DNA of 64,000 nucleotides from an uncultured Methanosarcinales archaeon (GTDB lineage: Archaea > Nanobdellota > Nanobdellia > Woesearchaeales > ARS49), in the NCBI GenBank assembly GCA_964572035.1, contig CAZNDX010000002.1, positions 63,007-127,006 of the forward strand, written 5' to 3'. The notes beneath the pieces are model-generated. The model was not told the origin of the DNA. It saw nothing but the letters and a program-made list of their open reading frames with translations, and did not search any database. The stretch's first letter is position 1, and every line of letters begins with the position of its first letter. Below are positions 1 to 10,403 of this stretch, piece by piece. Made by a program: the position numbers and the translations under genes.

Positions 1-2
1 TA

Positions 3-851
3 ACATCACCCGAACAAATGCACGCATTCCTGGCGCAGGAAGATACAATGATAAACGAAATGGTGCAAACAATAGTCAAATCAGGAGCCAATGTTGTATT
101 CTGCCAAAAAGGAATTGACGATTTGGCTCAACATTACCTGTCAAAAAATAACATATACGCGGCGAGACGCGTCAAGAAATCAGACATGGAAGCGCTAGCC
201 CGCGCGACGGGAGCACGCATAGTTTCCTCGCTTAAAGACTTGTCAGCCAAAGACCTGGGAACAGCAGGAGAAGTAGAGGAAAGAAAAGTAGGAAGCGACG
301 AATTAACATTCGTAATGGGCTGCAAAAATCCAAAAGCGGTAACAATACTCGTACGCGGCGGAACAGAACACGTCGTAGACGAAGCCAAACGCGCAATGAC
401 TGACGCAATCGGAGATGTTGCCGCTGCGCTAAAATCAGGAAAAGTGGTCGCAGGCGCAGGAGCTCCAGAAGTTGAAGTTGCAAGACAATTGCGAAAATAC
501 TCAGACTCACTTGAAGGAAGAGAGCAATTGGCAGTACTGGCTTTTGCCGACGCGCTGGAAGTAATACCTCGCACGCTCGCTGAAAACGCAGGACTTGACC
601 CAATAGACATGCTGGTTCAAATGAAAGCGGCGCACGATAAAAAACAAAAATGGGCAGGAATAGACGTCTTTAAGGCAAAAGTCGTAGACGCGTGGAACGC
701 AGGCGTACTTGAGCCACTGAAGATAAAGACACAGGCAATCTCAAGCGCCTCAGAAGTCGCCCAAATGATACTGCGAATAGACGACGTCATCGCAGGCGGC
801 AAACAAAACACCCAGATGCCACCTCCTGGCGCAATGGGCGGCGAATACTAA
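3..851 (+). CDS. ths: Thermosome (group II chaperonin) subunit, 5'-truncated by window edge
   Basis: Frame open from position 3; motifs [36 protein letters not shown]; Gly/Met-rich tail. Confidence 0.97.
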   Translation, partial: TSPEQMHAFLAQEDTMINEMVQTIVKSGANVVFCQKGIDDLAQHYLSKNNIYAARRVKKSDMEALARATGARIVSSLKDLSAKDLGTAGEVEERKVGSDELTFVMGCKNPKAVTILVRGGTEHVVDEAKRAMTDAIGDVAAALKSGKVVAGAGAPEVEVARQLRKYSDSLEGREQLAVLAFADALEVIPRTLAENAGLDPIDMLVQMKAAHDKKQKWAGIDVFKAKVVDAWNAGVLEPLKIKTQAISSASEVAQMILRIDDVIAGGKQNTQMPPPGAMGGEY

Positions 852-935
852 GTTTTTCATTTTCTTTTCACATTCTTCTCGAAATATTTATATATCAACC
901 TCGCCGTTAGAGTATATACAAAGAGGGTGATATAT

Positions 936-1460
936 ATGCCAGAAGAGATTCCTGCACAGGAAGAAGAATACGAACTACTTCCCCATCGCGAAATAGAAGA
1001 CCTAAAAGAAGAACTATCAAAACTCAAAGAGTTTGAAGTCGCGCCAAGCAAGAAACTACAAGTCTCACTCTTGGAAGTCAACGCAAAACTAGACAAGCTC
1101 ATCACAATATTTGAAGACGCGTCACACGAAATGCGCGTAGAAGAAGGCGGATTATCCTTTACTGATAAAATGAGACCGCTTCTTGAAAAAATGAACAAAA
1201 TTCTTGAACAAAACAGCGAAATCGCAAGCGGGATATTGGCGCTTGCAGATATGGTAAAAGATAAAGGACGAACGGAAGGCGGATTCGAAACATACAGCTC
1301 ACCTCCGTCGCCCTCTGGATTCAACGTTCCACCAAAAATGGAACAGCCAAACGCACAACCAGTAAACGCGATGGGCGCGCAAGCAGGACCAATGCCTCCA
1401 GGAGTTCCTCCGGGGATGCCATTGCCACCGCTACCAAAACGAAGAACCTTTGGACTATGA
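936..1460 (+). CDS. Hypothetical protein, coiled-coil N-terminus and Pro-rich C-terminus
   Basis: ORF with GAGGGTGA ribosome-binding site before ATG 936 and an upstream TATA-like box. Confidence 0.8.
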   Translation: MPEEIPAQEEEYELLPHREIEDLKEELSKLKEFEVAPSKKLQVSLLEVNAKLDKLITIFEDASHEMRVEEGGLSFTDKMRPLLEKMNKILEQNSEIASGILALADMVKDKGRTEGGFETYSSPPSPSGFNVPPKMEQPNAQPVNAMGAQAGPMPPGVPPGMPLPPLPKRRTFGL

Positions 1461-1996
1461 GTTTGCCTTTAGATATTGGCGATGAATTAGTAGACCGCGG
1501 AAAAAGCGCTCTGTTTTTAACATATTTAGCAAAATCTGCGCAAAAGCAGGCGGAGAGAGAAATATCCCGAAAGAAAGTGCAGATAACTCTTCAGCAGCTT
1601 CGCAAATTATCAACCAAAAACTTGCACAAACATCTCGATGAGTTGGAAATTCACCTTCGCGAAGCGATAGCGCGAGAAAAAGCAATACAATCAACACAAA
1701 AAGGCGAAGACTCGCTTCATCATGACTTGAAAGGAAGAATAGTAAACCTCGAGAAGAAACTCGGCAAATACCTTGAAACACAAAAACAAAGACAGGAAAG
1801 AATAGACCAAATAGAGCACAAAGTCAAAAGCCACTTCCAAACGAAAAAAGAAAGAATTAACGAGCTCAAAAAACACTACTTTAATCTTCAAAAACTCCTA
1901 AAGAAAGCCAAAAAGGAAAAGCACGACAAAAGAAAAATAGGCACAATAGAAAGAAGAATAGGACTTCTCAAGGCAAGATTAATCGCGTTAAAATAA
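1457..1996 (+). CDS. Hypothetical basic coiled-coil protein
   Basis: 179-aa ORF, ATGA-coupled to previous gene; K/E/Q/L heptad character. Confidence 0.8.
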   Translation: MSLPLDIGDELVDRGKSALFLTYLAKSAQKQAEREISRKKVQITLQQLRKLSTKNLHKHLDELEIHLREAIAREKAIQSTQKGEDSLHHDLKGRIVNLEKKLGKYLETQKQRQERIDQIEHKVKSHFQTKKERINELKKHYFNLQKLLKKAKKEKHDKRKIGTIERRIGLLKARLIALK

Positions 1997-3697
1997 TTAT
2001 TTATGGGCAAACCAAAAAGTCAACTTATCTTTTTCCTTGCTGTCAAGACGGCAGAAACCAAAGCGCTCAAACTGAACAATATCTCCAACTTTAAGTTTCT
2101 TTAATCCGGATTCGCCAAGGCCGACTTTCAGCTTTTTGTCAGGCATCAAAACTTCAACACTGACGTTTTTCGCGTCAACAGGAAGCCAAGTAAAAGTCGC
2201 ATCGCCAACATTACGGAATTTCTCGTACTCAACGCTGTCAAACTCGTAGCCCTTCCCGTCCTTCTTGAAATTAAGACAATCCTTCAAGCGGAACAACTTT
2301 TTAGCTTTGATATCAGATAGATCGGACTTTGAAACCCAAAACTTATCGCCTGTCTCGAATTCACGATTTCCACGTTTTTTATTTTCAGGATGAAGAGGAA
2401 TCTCAATTGTTTGTTTCGGAGCTCCATTAACTTTAATCTCAACAGGTGTTTCAACAAAGAAATAACGATTCGCAATAGGGTCAATGATTTCCCTATTATG
2501 CGCTTCCAAAGTTTTGAAAAAATCATCAGCGGGAACATTCTTGTCATTCATACCAAGACCGATATCAACCGCGAATTTTTGGAATGCGCCAGGCTGGAAA
2601 CCACGGCGTCGCATGGCTCCCAAAAATGGAAGACGAATATCGTCCCAATCATCATACTCGCCGCGTTCAATTTGCGCCTTAACTTTGGTTTTTGAAATCT
2701 CAAGGCCTTCCAGATTAATCCTGCCAGTGTAAAGATGAGTCGGTTCCTTCCAGCCAAACGCGTCATAAATACACTTTTGACGCTTCGCGTTATCCATATG
2801 GTCCTTTCCTCTAATGGTATGAGTAACTCCAGTTTCGTGGTCATCAATTGCAACGGCAAAATTCATCAAAGGCCAAACTTTATACTTGGTATTCTGTCTT
2901 GGGTGGACGCTGTCGTTAATTCTAAAAGCCGGCCAGTCGCGCATGGCGGGGTTAGGGTCTTTAATGTCCGTTTTAATTCTAACAACAGCTTCTCCGGGCT
3001 TAAAATCAAGAAACATCCTGTCCCATCTGGTATGGTGCTCTTTTTTTGGAAGGTCACGGCAGGGGCACGGCTTCATTTTCAGCGAGAAGGCGCGAAACTC
3101 ATCACCTGTGCAAGTGCAAACATAAGCCTTATCCATCTCGATTAATTTTTCCATCGCGTCATAATATTTGTCAAGACGATCGGACTGAACGATCACTTTG
3201 TCGATCCCATCATCAGTAAACCACTTCGTATCATTCTCGATCATTTTGTAAGCCGGCTCGTAAATATTCTCAGAATTCGTATCCTCGATTCTTAAGAAAA
3301 GCTTTCCATCATATTCTTTACAGTACAAACCGCTCAAGGAAAACACAACGGCGTGAGCAATGTGAAGCGGACCGCTGGGACTTGGAGCAAGACGCATCAC
3401 AATTTTTCCTTTTGTCGCGTTTGGCAACGGCTTAAGTTTCTTTTCTTCGACCTTCTTTTCCTCAAGCAAATGAGGGGCCGTCTTCTGAAGCTCGGCAACC
3501 TGTTTCTCAACAGTCAACAACTTAACTTCCTCACAAATCTCTTTTATGAGCGGAGTCAATTCTTTCAACTGGGATTTAACTTCAGGACGCTCGCCGATTA
3601 ATTTGGCTATAACAGAACCCATATTAGGAACGCCATTGTATTTTCTCGCGTTATCAAGCGCAAAGATACGAACACTTTTCGCTATTTCCTTATCCAT
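1997..3697 (-). CDS. gltX: Glutamate--tRNA ligase (archaeal type)
   Basis: RLAPSPSGPLHIAH (HIGH variant), LRIEDT, THTIRGKDH, VQFERFGFCRLD. Confidence 0.97.
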   Translation of the reverse strand: MDKEIAKSVRIFALDNARKYNGVPNMGSVIAKLIGERPEVKSQLKELTPLIKEICEEVKLLTVEKQVAELQKTAPHLLEEKKVEEKKLKPLPNATKGKIVMRLAPSPSGPLHIAHAVVFSLSGLYCKEYDGKLFLRIEDTNSENIYEPAYKMIENDTKWFTDDGIDKVIVQSDRLDKYYDAMEKLIEMDKAYVCTCTGDEFRAFSLKMKPCPCRDLPKKEHHTRWDRMFLDFKPGEAVVRIKTDIKDPNPAMRDWPAFRINDSVHPRQNTKYKVWPLMNFAVAIDDHETGVTHTIRGKDHMDNAKRQKCIYDAFGWKEPTHLYTGRINLEGLEISKTKVKAQIERGEYDDWDDIRLPFLGAMRRRGFQPGAFQKFAVDIGLGMNDKNVPADDFFKTLEAHNREIIDPIANRYFFVETPVEIKVNGAPKQTIEIPLHPENKKRGNREFETGDKFWVSKSDLSDIKAKKLFRLKDCLNFKKDGKGYEFDSVEYEKFRNVGDATFTWLPVDAKNVSVEVLMPDKKLKVGLGESGLKKLKVGDIVQFERFGFCRLDSKEKDKLTFWFAHK

Positions 3698-3770
3698 AGT
3701 TCAAATCTATTTACGGCAGTATTTAAAGATATTCACAACACTTAAATATTAAAACACTCGAGCAAGAAAC

Positions 3771-4121
3771 ATGAAAGCGGCGATATTAACAGCGGCAATA
3801 TCCTTATTGTTTCTAGCGGCGTGCACAGCGACATCATCAGGACCTGGAGACGCGTTCGCAAAATGTTTAACAGAAAACGGCGCTAAAATGTACGGAGCGT
3901 TCTGGTGCCCACACTGCACAGACCAAAAAGAAGCGTTTGGAAGCAGCTGGGAACACATATCATACATAGAATGCAGCAAGCCAGACAAAACACAAACAGA
4001 ATTCTGCTCGCAAGCCGGAATCGCGTCATACCCAACGTGGGAATTTGCGGACGGAAACAGAGAAGTAGGAAAACTAGAATTTTCCGTTCTTGCCGAAAAA
4101 ACAGGATGCACATTTGAGTGA
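3771..4121 (+). CDS. Thioredoxin-like lipoprotein
   Basis: Lipobox LLFLAAC; MYGAFWCPHC; YIEC; YPTW cis-Pro loop. Confidence 0.88.
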   Translation: MKAAILTAAISLLFLAACTATSSGPGDAFAKCLTENGAKMYGAFWCPHCTDQKEAFGSSWEHISYIECSKPDKTQTEFCSQAGIASYPTWEFADGNREVGKLEFSVLAEKTGCTFE

Positions 4122-4126
4122 GAAAA

Positions 4127-5275
4127 ATGACTGACGAGCAAAATTCAGAAACTCACCAAAAAACCCACGCTCATAACAAAACCGCCCATCACGACCACAA
4201 CGCGAAACAACCATCAAGCGCGATACTTCCATTGACTATAGTATTCTTAATCGTTCTCGCAGCAGGAACCTGGCTAATTTACGGAATACAGCCAGCAAAA
4301 CAGGCTGAAACGGCGGAACTTAATTTGATAATAGTGGGAGCGGACTGTGCCGACTGTTATGACATAGAACCAGCAATACAACTCCTGCAAGTTGATTACA
4401 CAATAAAAGAAATTGAAAACGTCACAATGGATAAAGCGGATGAATACATAACAAAATACGGCCTGACAAGACTCCCCGCAATAATATTTACAGGAGACAT
4501 AAGCTCTCTCGATTTGCCGGAGCTTGAAGAAAAAGACGGAGCCAAAATATTCACAAAAATACCTGCCCCATACTATGACGTCGCCAAAAAAGGAATAGTA
4601 GGATACGTAACAATCACAAGAATAATTGATTCAGCCTGCACTGAATGCTTCAACATAAGCCTAATAGAAGACCAAATGACGACCGCGGGAATAATCGTCA
4701 AAAACCGCGAAACAATCGAAGCAAGCAGCGAAAAAGGAAAACAACTCATTGAAAAATACAACATAGAAAACATTCCAACCATGCTATTCAACGAAGAACT
4801 TTTAGCTTACGAACAAATACAACAAGTCTGGAACGACTTCGGAACTCAGGAAGAAGACGGAACATTGGTTCTTCGAACACTAAACCCTCCATACAAAAAT
4901 GTTGAGACGGGAAAACTTGAAGGCGCGGTAACAATGACTTACATCGTTGACAAAACCTGCACAAACTGCTTTGAAACAACCGCGTACAACAAGCTACTAA
5001 AGGACAGTTTCAGCCTTTATGTAAAAGAAGAAAAAATGGTTGACGCCTCAACAACAGAAGGAAAGAACCTAATCAAAAAATACAACATAACAATGATTCC
5101 AACAGTAATACTATCACAAGACGCTTCAGCATACCCGACACTCTCAACAGCGTGGGCGCAGGTAGGAACCTCTGAGGCCGATGGAACGTATGTATTTAGA
5201 CAAATCGGACAACTTGAAAGCTACTTGAAATCAATTGGCGAAGAACTGGTCTATAAGAACGTAACCGCGCAATAA
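4127..5275 (+). CDS. Membrane-anchored protein with three tandem thioredoxin-like CxxC repeats
   Basis: N-terminal TM helix; CADC, CTEC, CTNC each followed by a similar 'I.KY.I..iP' segment. Confidence 0.8.
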   Translation: MTDEQNSETHQKTHAHNKTAHHDHNAKQPSSAILPLTIVFLIVLAAGTWLIYGIQPAKQAETAELNLIIVGADCADCYDIEPAIQLLQVDYTIKEIENVTMDKADEYITKYGLTRLPAIIFTGDISSLDLPELEEKDGAKIFTKIPAPYYDVAKKGIVGYVTITRIIDSACTECFNISLIEDQMTTAGIIVKNRETIEASSEKGKQLIEKYNIENIPTMLFNEELLAYEQIQQVWNDFGTQEEDGTLVLRTLNPPYKNVETGKLEGAVTMTYIVDKTCTNCFETTAYNKLLKDSFSLYVKEEKMVDASTTEGKNLIKKYNITMIPTVILSQDASAYPTLSTAWAQVGTSEADGTYVFRQIGQLESYLKSIGEELVYKNVTAQ

Positions 5276-5320
5276 GTTATTAATTTTTTATTCAAATGTT
5301 ATTAATAAGAAAATAAACTG

Positions 5321-5476
5321 TTAATCAAATTCTCTAAGCAAGTCATCAGCCGCCTGAGTAATGTCTTCCATGACAGCAGGCTTGCCGCAGTAAGGGCACA
5401 TATTTGGCTTCTGAACTCTAGTGAATTTCCAATTGCAACTGCCACATTTAAACTTGAGTTTCATGCTTTTTTTCAT
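5321..5476 (-). CDS. Small zinc-ribbon protein (51 aa; not in ORF track)
   Basis: Hand translation MKKSMKLKFKCGSCNWKFTRVQKPNMCPYCGKPAVMEDITQAADDLLREFD; two CxxC knuckles; alternative start 5464. Confidence 0.75.
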   Translation of the reverse strand: MKKSMKLKFKCGSCNWKFTRVQKPNMCPYCGKPAVMEDITQAADDLLREFD

Positions 5477-5542
5477 CACGTCCTAATTTATAAGCTTTTT
5501 GCGTTCATAACCTATTTAAATAACCAGATATAGCGAAGAAGA

Positions 5543-5875
5543 ATGAAATTTTGGATAGCATTGATAATCGTGGGAGGAGTCGTTCTCGCGCTATCATTAT
5601 TCTCAACAAGCGCTGAAGCCTGCACCGCGATAGAACACGGCAAAGGTGAAACTAAGGTAGTAATGGTTTCGCAACCCGGATGCAAATACTGCGAACAACA
5701 ATGGGAAATATTATCCGGAATTGAGAACGAACTGCCATACAAAATAGAGGAAATAGATATAAACTGCGCGCAGGCAAAAACAGGCAAATTTGTTCAAGGA
5801 ACTCCCGCTTTCATAATCGGAGACAAGGTTGAATACGGCGTCAAAAGCGCTGAAGAACTCAAGGCTCTAGCATGA
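5543..5875 (+). CDS. Exported thioredoxin/glutaredoxin-fold protein
   Basis: Signal/TM segment; PGCKYC; GTPAF. Confidence 0.82.
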   Translation: MKFWIALIIVGGVVLALSLFSTSAEACTAIEHGKGETKVVMVSQPGCKYCEQQWEILSGIENELPYKIEEIDINCAQAKTGKFVQGTPAFIIGDKVEYGVKSAEELKALA

Positions 5876-6081
5876 AATTAACATTCTTCCTGGCAATATT
5901 CGCAATAGGCGTTTTGGCCGGATTCACATTCGCTAATATGAATTCGCCAACAGGCGCGGCGACAGCAAATTGCTTTGTTGACAACGAGCCATGCCTTTGT
6001 GAAGGGGGAATTTGCCAATGCGGAAACACAACAATTCCTGCGACATATTGCCGTACAGAAAACTTAAATAAGGACAAATAA
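5872..6081 (+). CDS. Small exported Cys-rich protein
   Basis: Signal peptide, six Cys; ATGA-coupled. Confidence 0.65.
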   Translation: MKLTFFLAIFAIGVLAGFTFANMNSPTGAATANCFVDNEPCLCEGGICQCGNTTIPATYCRTENLNKDK

Positions 6082-6095
6082 CGATTGGAAGAAAG

Positions 6096-6272
6096 ATGAA
6101 AACAGAATACATATTCTACACCGTAGGCGTTATATTTATGATAGCGGCAGTTTTGTACTTCACATGGGAATACTTATTCCAAATGAGCCGAATCTTCAAA
6201 ATAGTCGCTTTACTCCTGCTAACAGGGTTCTTTTACTTCCTAGCAAACTACCTAAAGGAGCGTGACTGGTAA
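6096..6272 (+). CDS. Small two-TM membrane protein (58 aa; not in ORF track)
   Basis: MKTEYIFYTVGVIFMIAAVLYFTWEYLF...LKERDW; TAATG overlap with next gene. Confidence 0.7.
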   Translation: MKTEYIFYTVGVIFMIAAVLYFTWEYLFQMSRIFKIVALLLLTGFFYFLANYLKERDW

Positions 6273-7114
6273 TGTACGCGAGCTGGGCGCCGGTAGTGTT
6301 TTGGGTCTTACTTGTTCCATTGTTAATAGTAATGCTAATCGTGTACTTACGAAGCAAAAGATTCTACAGACTAATCTACATCACATCCGTGTTCACATAC
6401 GCGATGACCATAATGTACTGGATAGACGCATTCAAACTAGGAAGAAACGCAATTGTGGGATTGCTTGTCGCGTCATCACTGGTTATGATATTCGTTGGCT
6501 GGAGACTGCACAAGTCAACAGACAAGAAAAAGAAAAAACCAACAGGACACGGCGGGACACTCGCGATAATAAGCCTAGTACTGATTGGAATTTTAGTTGG
6601 GTTATCAGCAGTTCCATACGGATGGACAGTCCAAACAACAACAGTTCCATCATTAAAATTAGACCAAGTAGTAACTGTCTACAAAGAAGGGCAAGTAGAA
6701 TACAGCAAACCGCCGGTGCCAATATACACAATAACAGTAACCAATACATTCATACCAAGACAATACGAACTGCCAAACGCGCAAGCGTGCTTGTACAACA
6801 CAGAAAAAGGAGCGGGACAATGGATAGGAGTATCATGGGACTACGACGCGATGCGCTCGGAATTCGGGCCTGAACTAAACACCCTAGAAGTATACCGAGG
6901 AAGCAAAACAGCAACATTAAACGCCAACAGCCAGCCATACTACGAAACAAGACCGGTAAAGGCGCCAGCTCCAGTTGACGTAACTCAGGAAACACCGGAA
7001 TACGACAAGTTATTGCTTTTCATAAGCCCACAAATGACTTATGAATACGTAGAATGCACCGCGTTAAAGCCAACCGATTTCTCAAGAGCGATAACGATAC
7101 CAATAGTGGATTAA
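6272..7114 (+). CDS. Hypothetical membrane protein with extracellular C-terminal domain
   Basis: About four N-terminal TM helices followed by a beta-rich domain. Confidence 0.8.
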   Translation: MYASWAPVVFWVLLVPLLIVMLIVYLRSKRFYRLIYITSVFTYAMTIMYWIDAFKLGRNAIVGLLVASSLVMIFVGWRLHKSTDKKKKKPTGHGGTLAIISLVLIGILVGLSAVPYGWTVQTTTVPSLKLDQVVTVYKEGQVEYSKPPVPIYTITVTNTFIPRQYELPNAQACLYNTEKGAGQWIGVSWDYDAMRSEFGPELNTLEVYRGSKTATLNANSQPYYETRPVKAPAPVDVTQETPEYDKLLLFISPQMTYEYVECTALKPTDFSRAITIPIVD

Positions 7115-7118
7115 TTCT

Positions 7119-7724
7119 TTAATCTCTTAATACAATTCTGGCGTCAACAGCCACAACGCTCTTATCGTTTGCGAACAAAGGATTAACGTCAAGCTCTTCA
7201 AGACCTTCGACCTTTTTTGGAAGATGCGACAAAGAAACCATAGCGCCGACAAGCGCCTTTCTATTCACAGGCTTCATTCCACGAATGCCCTCCAACAATT
7301 TCCTGCCCTTAAGCTCATCAAGCATCTGCTCAGCATCATTTTTTGAAATCGGGCAAACTCTAAACGAGATATCCTTGTACACTTCAACAAAAATGCCGCC
7401 AACACCTGCCAAAAGAACGTGGCCAAAAGAAGGATCATTCTTAATACCCAAAAACAACTCAACACCATCGCACTTCTCCTGAACAAGAACCTTGCCTTTT
7501 TTCAAAAAAGAATTGGCAGTTTCCTGAAGCTCGGCAGGGTCATGAACAACTTTAACACCACCTTCCTCAGTTTTATGAACAACTTTCGGCGAGACTAACT
7601 TTAGAACGCAAGGAAAACCAAACTTTTTCTGCGCGCGCTCAACCTTTTGCAGAGAATCGGCGAGCTCAAACTTCGCAATAGGAATATTAAGCCTGTTTAG
7701 CGCGTCGTTCAAAGAAAGCATCAT
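7119..7724 (-). CDS. acdB: Acetate/acyl-CoA ligase (ADP-forming) beta subunit, ATP-grasp
   Basis: GFPCVLKLVSP..HKTEEGGV, DPSFG, GGIFVEVYKD, ELDVNPL, VAVDARI. Confidence 0.93.
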   Translation of the reverse strand: MMLSLNDALNRLNIPIAKFELADSLQKVERAQKKFGFPCVLKLVSPKVVHKTEEGGVKVVHDPAELQETANSFLKKGKVLVQEKCDGVELFLGIKNDPSFGHVLLAGVGGIFVEVYKDISFRVCPISKNDAEQMLDELKGRKLLEGIRGMKPVNRKALVGAMVSLSHLPKKVEGLEELDVNPLFANDKSVVAVDARIVLRD

Positions 7725-9112
7725 TTTCCATCACCCGGAACGAAACGAAGAGTGAAAAGACCAACAGCGAAAAACACAATCAAAGAAAGCATCGCCCAGC
7801 CATAACTAACGAAACTCGCCAAAGCGCCAAAAACAATAGGTCCAAGAACGCCGCTGAACTTGTTCGTAAGCTCAAGGTAACCAAAAAACTGTCCAACAGT
7901 GCTCTTTGAAACCATCTCGACAAGCTTAGGACGCTGAGCGGTAGTCCACATACCTAGGAAGGCTCCGCCCAACGTTCCAGCAACAACGAACATTTCAACA
8001 TTCTTCACAAAATAAAGCATCAAAATAACGCCAATCCAACCAAAACCAGCCCAAACAAGAACACGCTTCGCGCCAAACCTGTCAGTCAACTTGCCGGAGA
8101 CAAAACTACCCACAACCGCACCAAACGACTGGATAACATAGACGATAAAAAACATCTGAACCGTAAGGGAAATTTCTTCTCTCGCGAACAAAAACAAGAA
8201 CAAAATTACCGCGTTAATCGCGTTCGCGAAACAAAACATCGCGATAAGGAAATAAAAGAATTTTTTTGGCATTATTTTGTTTCCTACCTTGTTGACAACT
8301 TTTTTGAAGAGTGGGCTAACAATTTTAATTGCAATTAATACGCATAAAATATTTATCGACCATTCAACATATTTGTTTACGTCTGTGAATTGAACTATGA
8401 TTTTTTCTAATATTGTTGCTAATAAAACTGAAATTATTGAAATTAAAAGTATCAGTGAGAATGAAAAAATAATAAAGTACAGAAATGGTTTCATTTTGTA
8501 ATATGCTTCTTTTAAGGCAGTATGTGTGGATGTTTTGTTGGCTTTTTCTTTAACTCCAAAGAAAAGAAACAGGGAGAACACAAAAAAGAGAACTGCGGTA
8601 ATTGTGAAAACAGCTTTAGCTCCCGCTTCGGTTTCCCAGCCAAGTTGCGAAAGAAACATCGCCGCGACACCAAGCCCGATAAGAGTGCCCAGATAGCCCA
8701 TCGCCGTGCCAATTCCTGAGACATTGCCAAGCTCATTAGGCTTCGCGATTTTGGGAAGCAACGCGTTGTAAGTTGTAAGCGCGGCGTGATAAGCGTAATT
8801 CGCCAAACCGCCAAACCACAAAGCGGCGTACAAAGGAACCAAACCAACAGCGTAAGTGAGAGCGCAGCAAATAACAGTGAAAATCAGAATAAACGGCATA
8901 CGCCTGCCGACGTGGTCGGACCACGCTCCAATAAAAGGAACAGTTAGGCCAACAGCAAGCATGCTTAGGCCAAACACCAAACCAATCTGAAACTCAGTGC
9001 CACCCAAAAATTGCTTCACGAAAAACGGAAAGAAAAAAGTCACGAAAAGAGCGGAAAAAATAGTATTCGCAAGGTCATACATTCCCCAAGAGAACACCTC
9101 TTTAACGTTCAT
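7721..9112 (-). CDS. MFS transporter (UMF1-like)
   Basis: SWGMYDLAN, GAWSD..GRR, YNALLP, GKLTDRFGAK MFS motifs; about 14 hydrophobic segments. Confidence 0.9.
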   Translation of the reverse strand: MNVKEVFSWGMYDLANTIFSALFVTFFFPFFVKQFLGGTEFQIGLVFGLSMLAVGLTVPFIGAWSDHVGRRMPFILIFTVICCALTYAVGLVPLYAALWFGGLANYAYHAALTTYNALLPKIAKPNELGNVSGIGTAMGYLGTLIGLGVAAMFLSQLGWETEAGAKAVFTITAVLFFVFSLFLFFGVKEKANKTSTHTALKEAYYKMKPFLYFIIFSFSLILLISIISVLLATILEKIIVQFTDVNKYVEWSINILCVLIAIKIVSPLFKKVVNKVGNKIMPKKFFYFLIAMFCFANAINAVILFLFLFAREEISLTVQMFFIVYVIQSFGAVVGSFVSGKLTDRFGAKRVLVWAGFGWIGVILMLYFVKNVEMFVVAGTLGGAFLGMWTTAQRPKLVEMVSKSTVGQFFGYLELTNKFSGVLGPIVFGALASFVSYGWAMLSLIVFFAVGLFTLRFVPGDGK

Positions 9113-9158
9113 AACAGCTTATAAATGAAATCTGTTTAAAAGATTACCTAAAAATCAC

Positions 9159-9719
9159 TTATTTTTCCAGCCTGCTCCAGTCGAAAGAAAAGTTACCTTC
9201 ATCAACGCAAGTAACCTGCATATCATTCACAAGAACCTGAACATTCTTGGTGCCAATAACTTCTTTTCCATTAAGAGTCATAGTTGACAAAATCCAACCC
9301 TTGAACAATCTCGCGCCAACATATGAAAAACGAATACTCTTCTTAACTTCAAGCTTGTAAGTGGAATTGTACTGACTGATTCCTTCCCAAGTGTATTGAT
9401 AACAAGGAGACGCCTCAACAACATCCTCCAACTGAGGAGTCAAAGAGTGAACTTCCCCCACAGTGTAATCTTTTGGAATCTCGGCAAACTCAGTTTGATT
9501 CGCCATTGATTCTGATTCATTTGTTTGAATTGGAACAATTTCACCGCCCATCTCAATTGATTCAATGATAACATCAGTTCTTGGCTCGACTGTTTCATTA
9601 ACCTCAAGAACAACACTTCCAGTGATTAACGACTCATTAGATTCAGAAACGTTAGATGAAGGGTTGTTCAAAAATGAACAGGCAGCCAGCAACACAAGCA
9701 AACACGCAAACCATCTCAT
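9159..9719 (-). CDS. Hypothetical lipoprotein
   Basis: MRWFACLLVLLAAC lipobox at ATG 9719. Confidence 0.7.
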   Translation of the reverse strand: MRWFACLLVLLAACSFLNNPSSNVSESNESLITGSVVLEVNETVEPRTDVIIESIEMGGEIVPIQTNESESMANQTEFAEIPKDYTVGEVHSLTPQLEDVVEASPCYQYTWEGISQYNSTYKLEVKKSIRFSYVGARLFKGWILSTMTLNGKEVIGTKNVQVLVNDMQVTCVDEGNFSFDWSRLEK

Positions 9720-9806
9720 AGCGGTTTTTGCCTTCAAGATATTTATAATCCTTTCCACCAAACGTTTTTAAAGCGCCACTCTATATATAAATCAAAAAAG
9801 AGGAAC

Positions 9807-10403
9807 ATGGTATACGATATAAGCAAGCACATATTCTGGCCACTCATCTCGCTATTTATCAAACGGCTGGACGGACTTGAAAACCTGCCAAAACCGCCGT
9901 TCATTATAGCATCGAACCATCAAAGCTACATAGACGGAATAATACTTTTGTTTCTTTGCGCGTATTACAAAAACGTCAAATTATACACCTTCGCGACAGA
10001 CGTTAAATTCACGGGACAAATCTGGAACGCGATATTTGAGCACTTCGGAGCCATAAGAATAGGAGGCTCAACAGCGAAAGGTCTTGAAAAATTAAGAAAA
10101 GGACAAGCGCTCGCAATATTCCCTGAAGGCGAACGAACATACACCGGCGAAATGAAAACTGTAACCCACTACGGACTTGGCGTTTTGGCATTAAACTCAA
10201 AAGCTCCAATAGTGCCGGTAGGAATTTGGACGTATGATTTTTGGAACAGATACAAAAAATTTTTGAACTTTAAAAAAACCATTCAACTTACAATTGGAAA
10301 ACCAATGCATTTCAAACTGGCAAAAACGCAGGCAAACTACAAAAAAGCCACACTCGCCGCGATGAAAGAGGTGAAACGCCTTGCGCGAATATCTCACACT
10401 TGA
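9807..10403 (+). CDS. plsC: Lysophospholipid / 1-acyl-sn-glycerol-3-phosphate acyltransferase family protein
   Basis: NHQSYID (HX4D) and FPEGERT motifs, PIVPVGI. Confidence 0.9.
   Translation: MVYDISKHIFWPLISLFIKRLDGLENLPKPPFIIASNHQSYIDGIILLFLCAYYKNVKLYTFATDVKFTGQIWNAIFEHFGAIRIGGSTAKGLEKLRKGQALAIFPEGERTYTGEMKTVTHYGLGVLALNSKAPIVPVGIWTYDFWNRYKKFLNFKKTIQLTIGKPMHFKLAKTQANYKKATLAAMKEVKRLARISHT

Noticed and set aside
134..811. Antisense ORFs over the thermosome gene, and many similar shadow ORFs across the window
   Set aside because: They overlap well-supported genes on the other strand or frame and carry no motifs
3350..3400. GluRS HIGH motif reads HIAH
   Set aside because: A single conservative change in an otherwise intact enzyme; no evidence of altered function
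4110..4130. TGA read-through (selenocysteine) joining the two thioredoxin genes
   Set aside because: The downstream gene is in a different frame and the TGA is not at a redox-motif position
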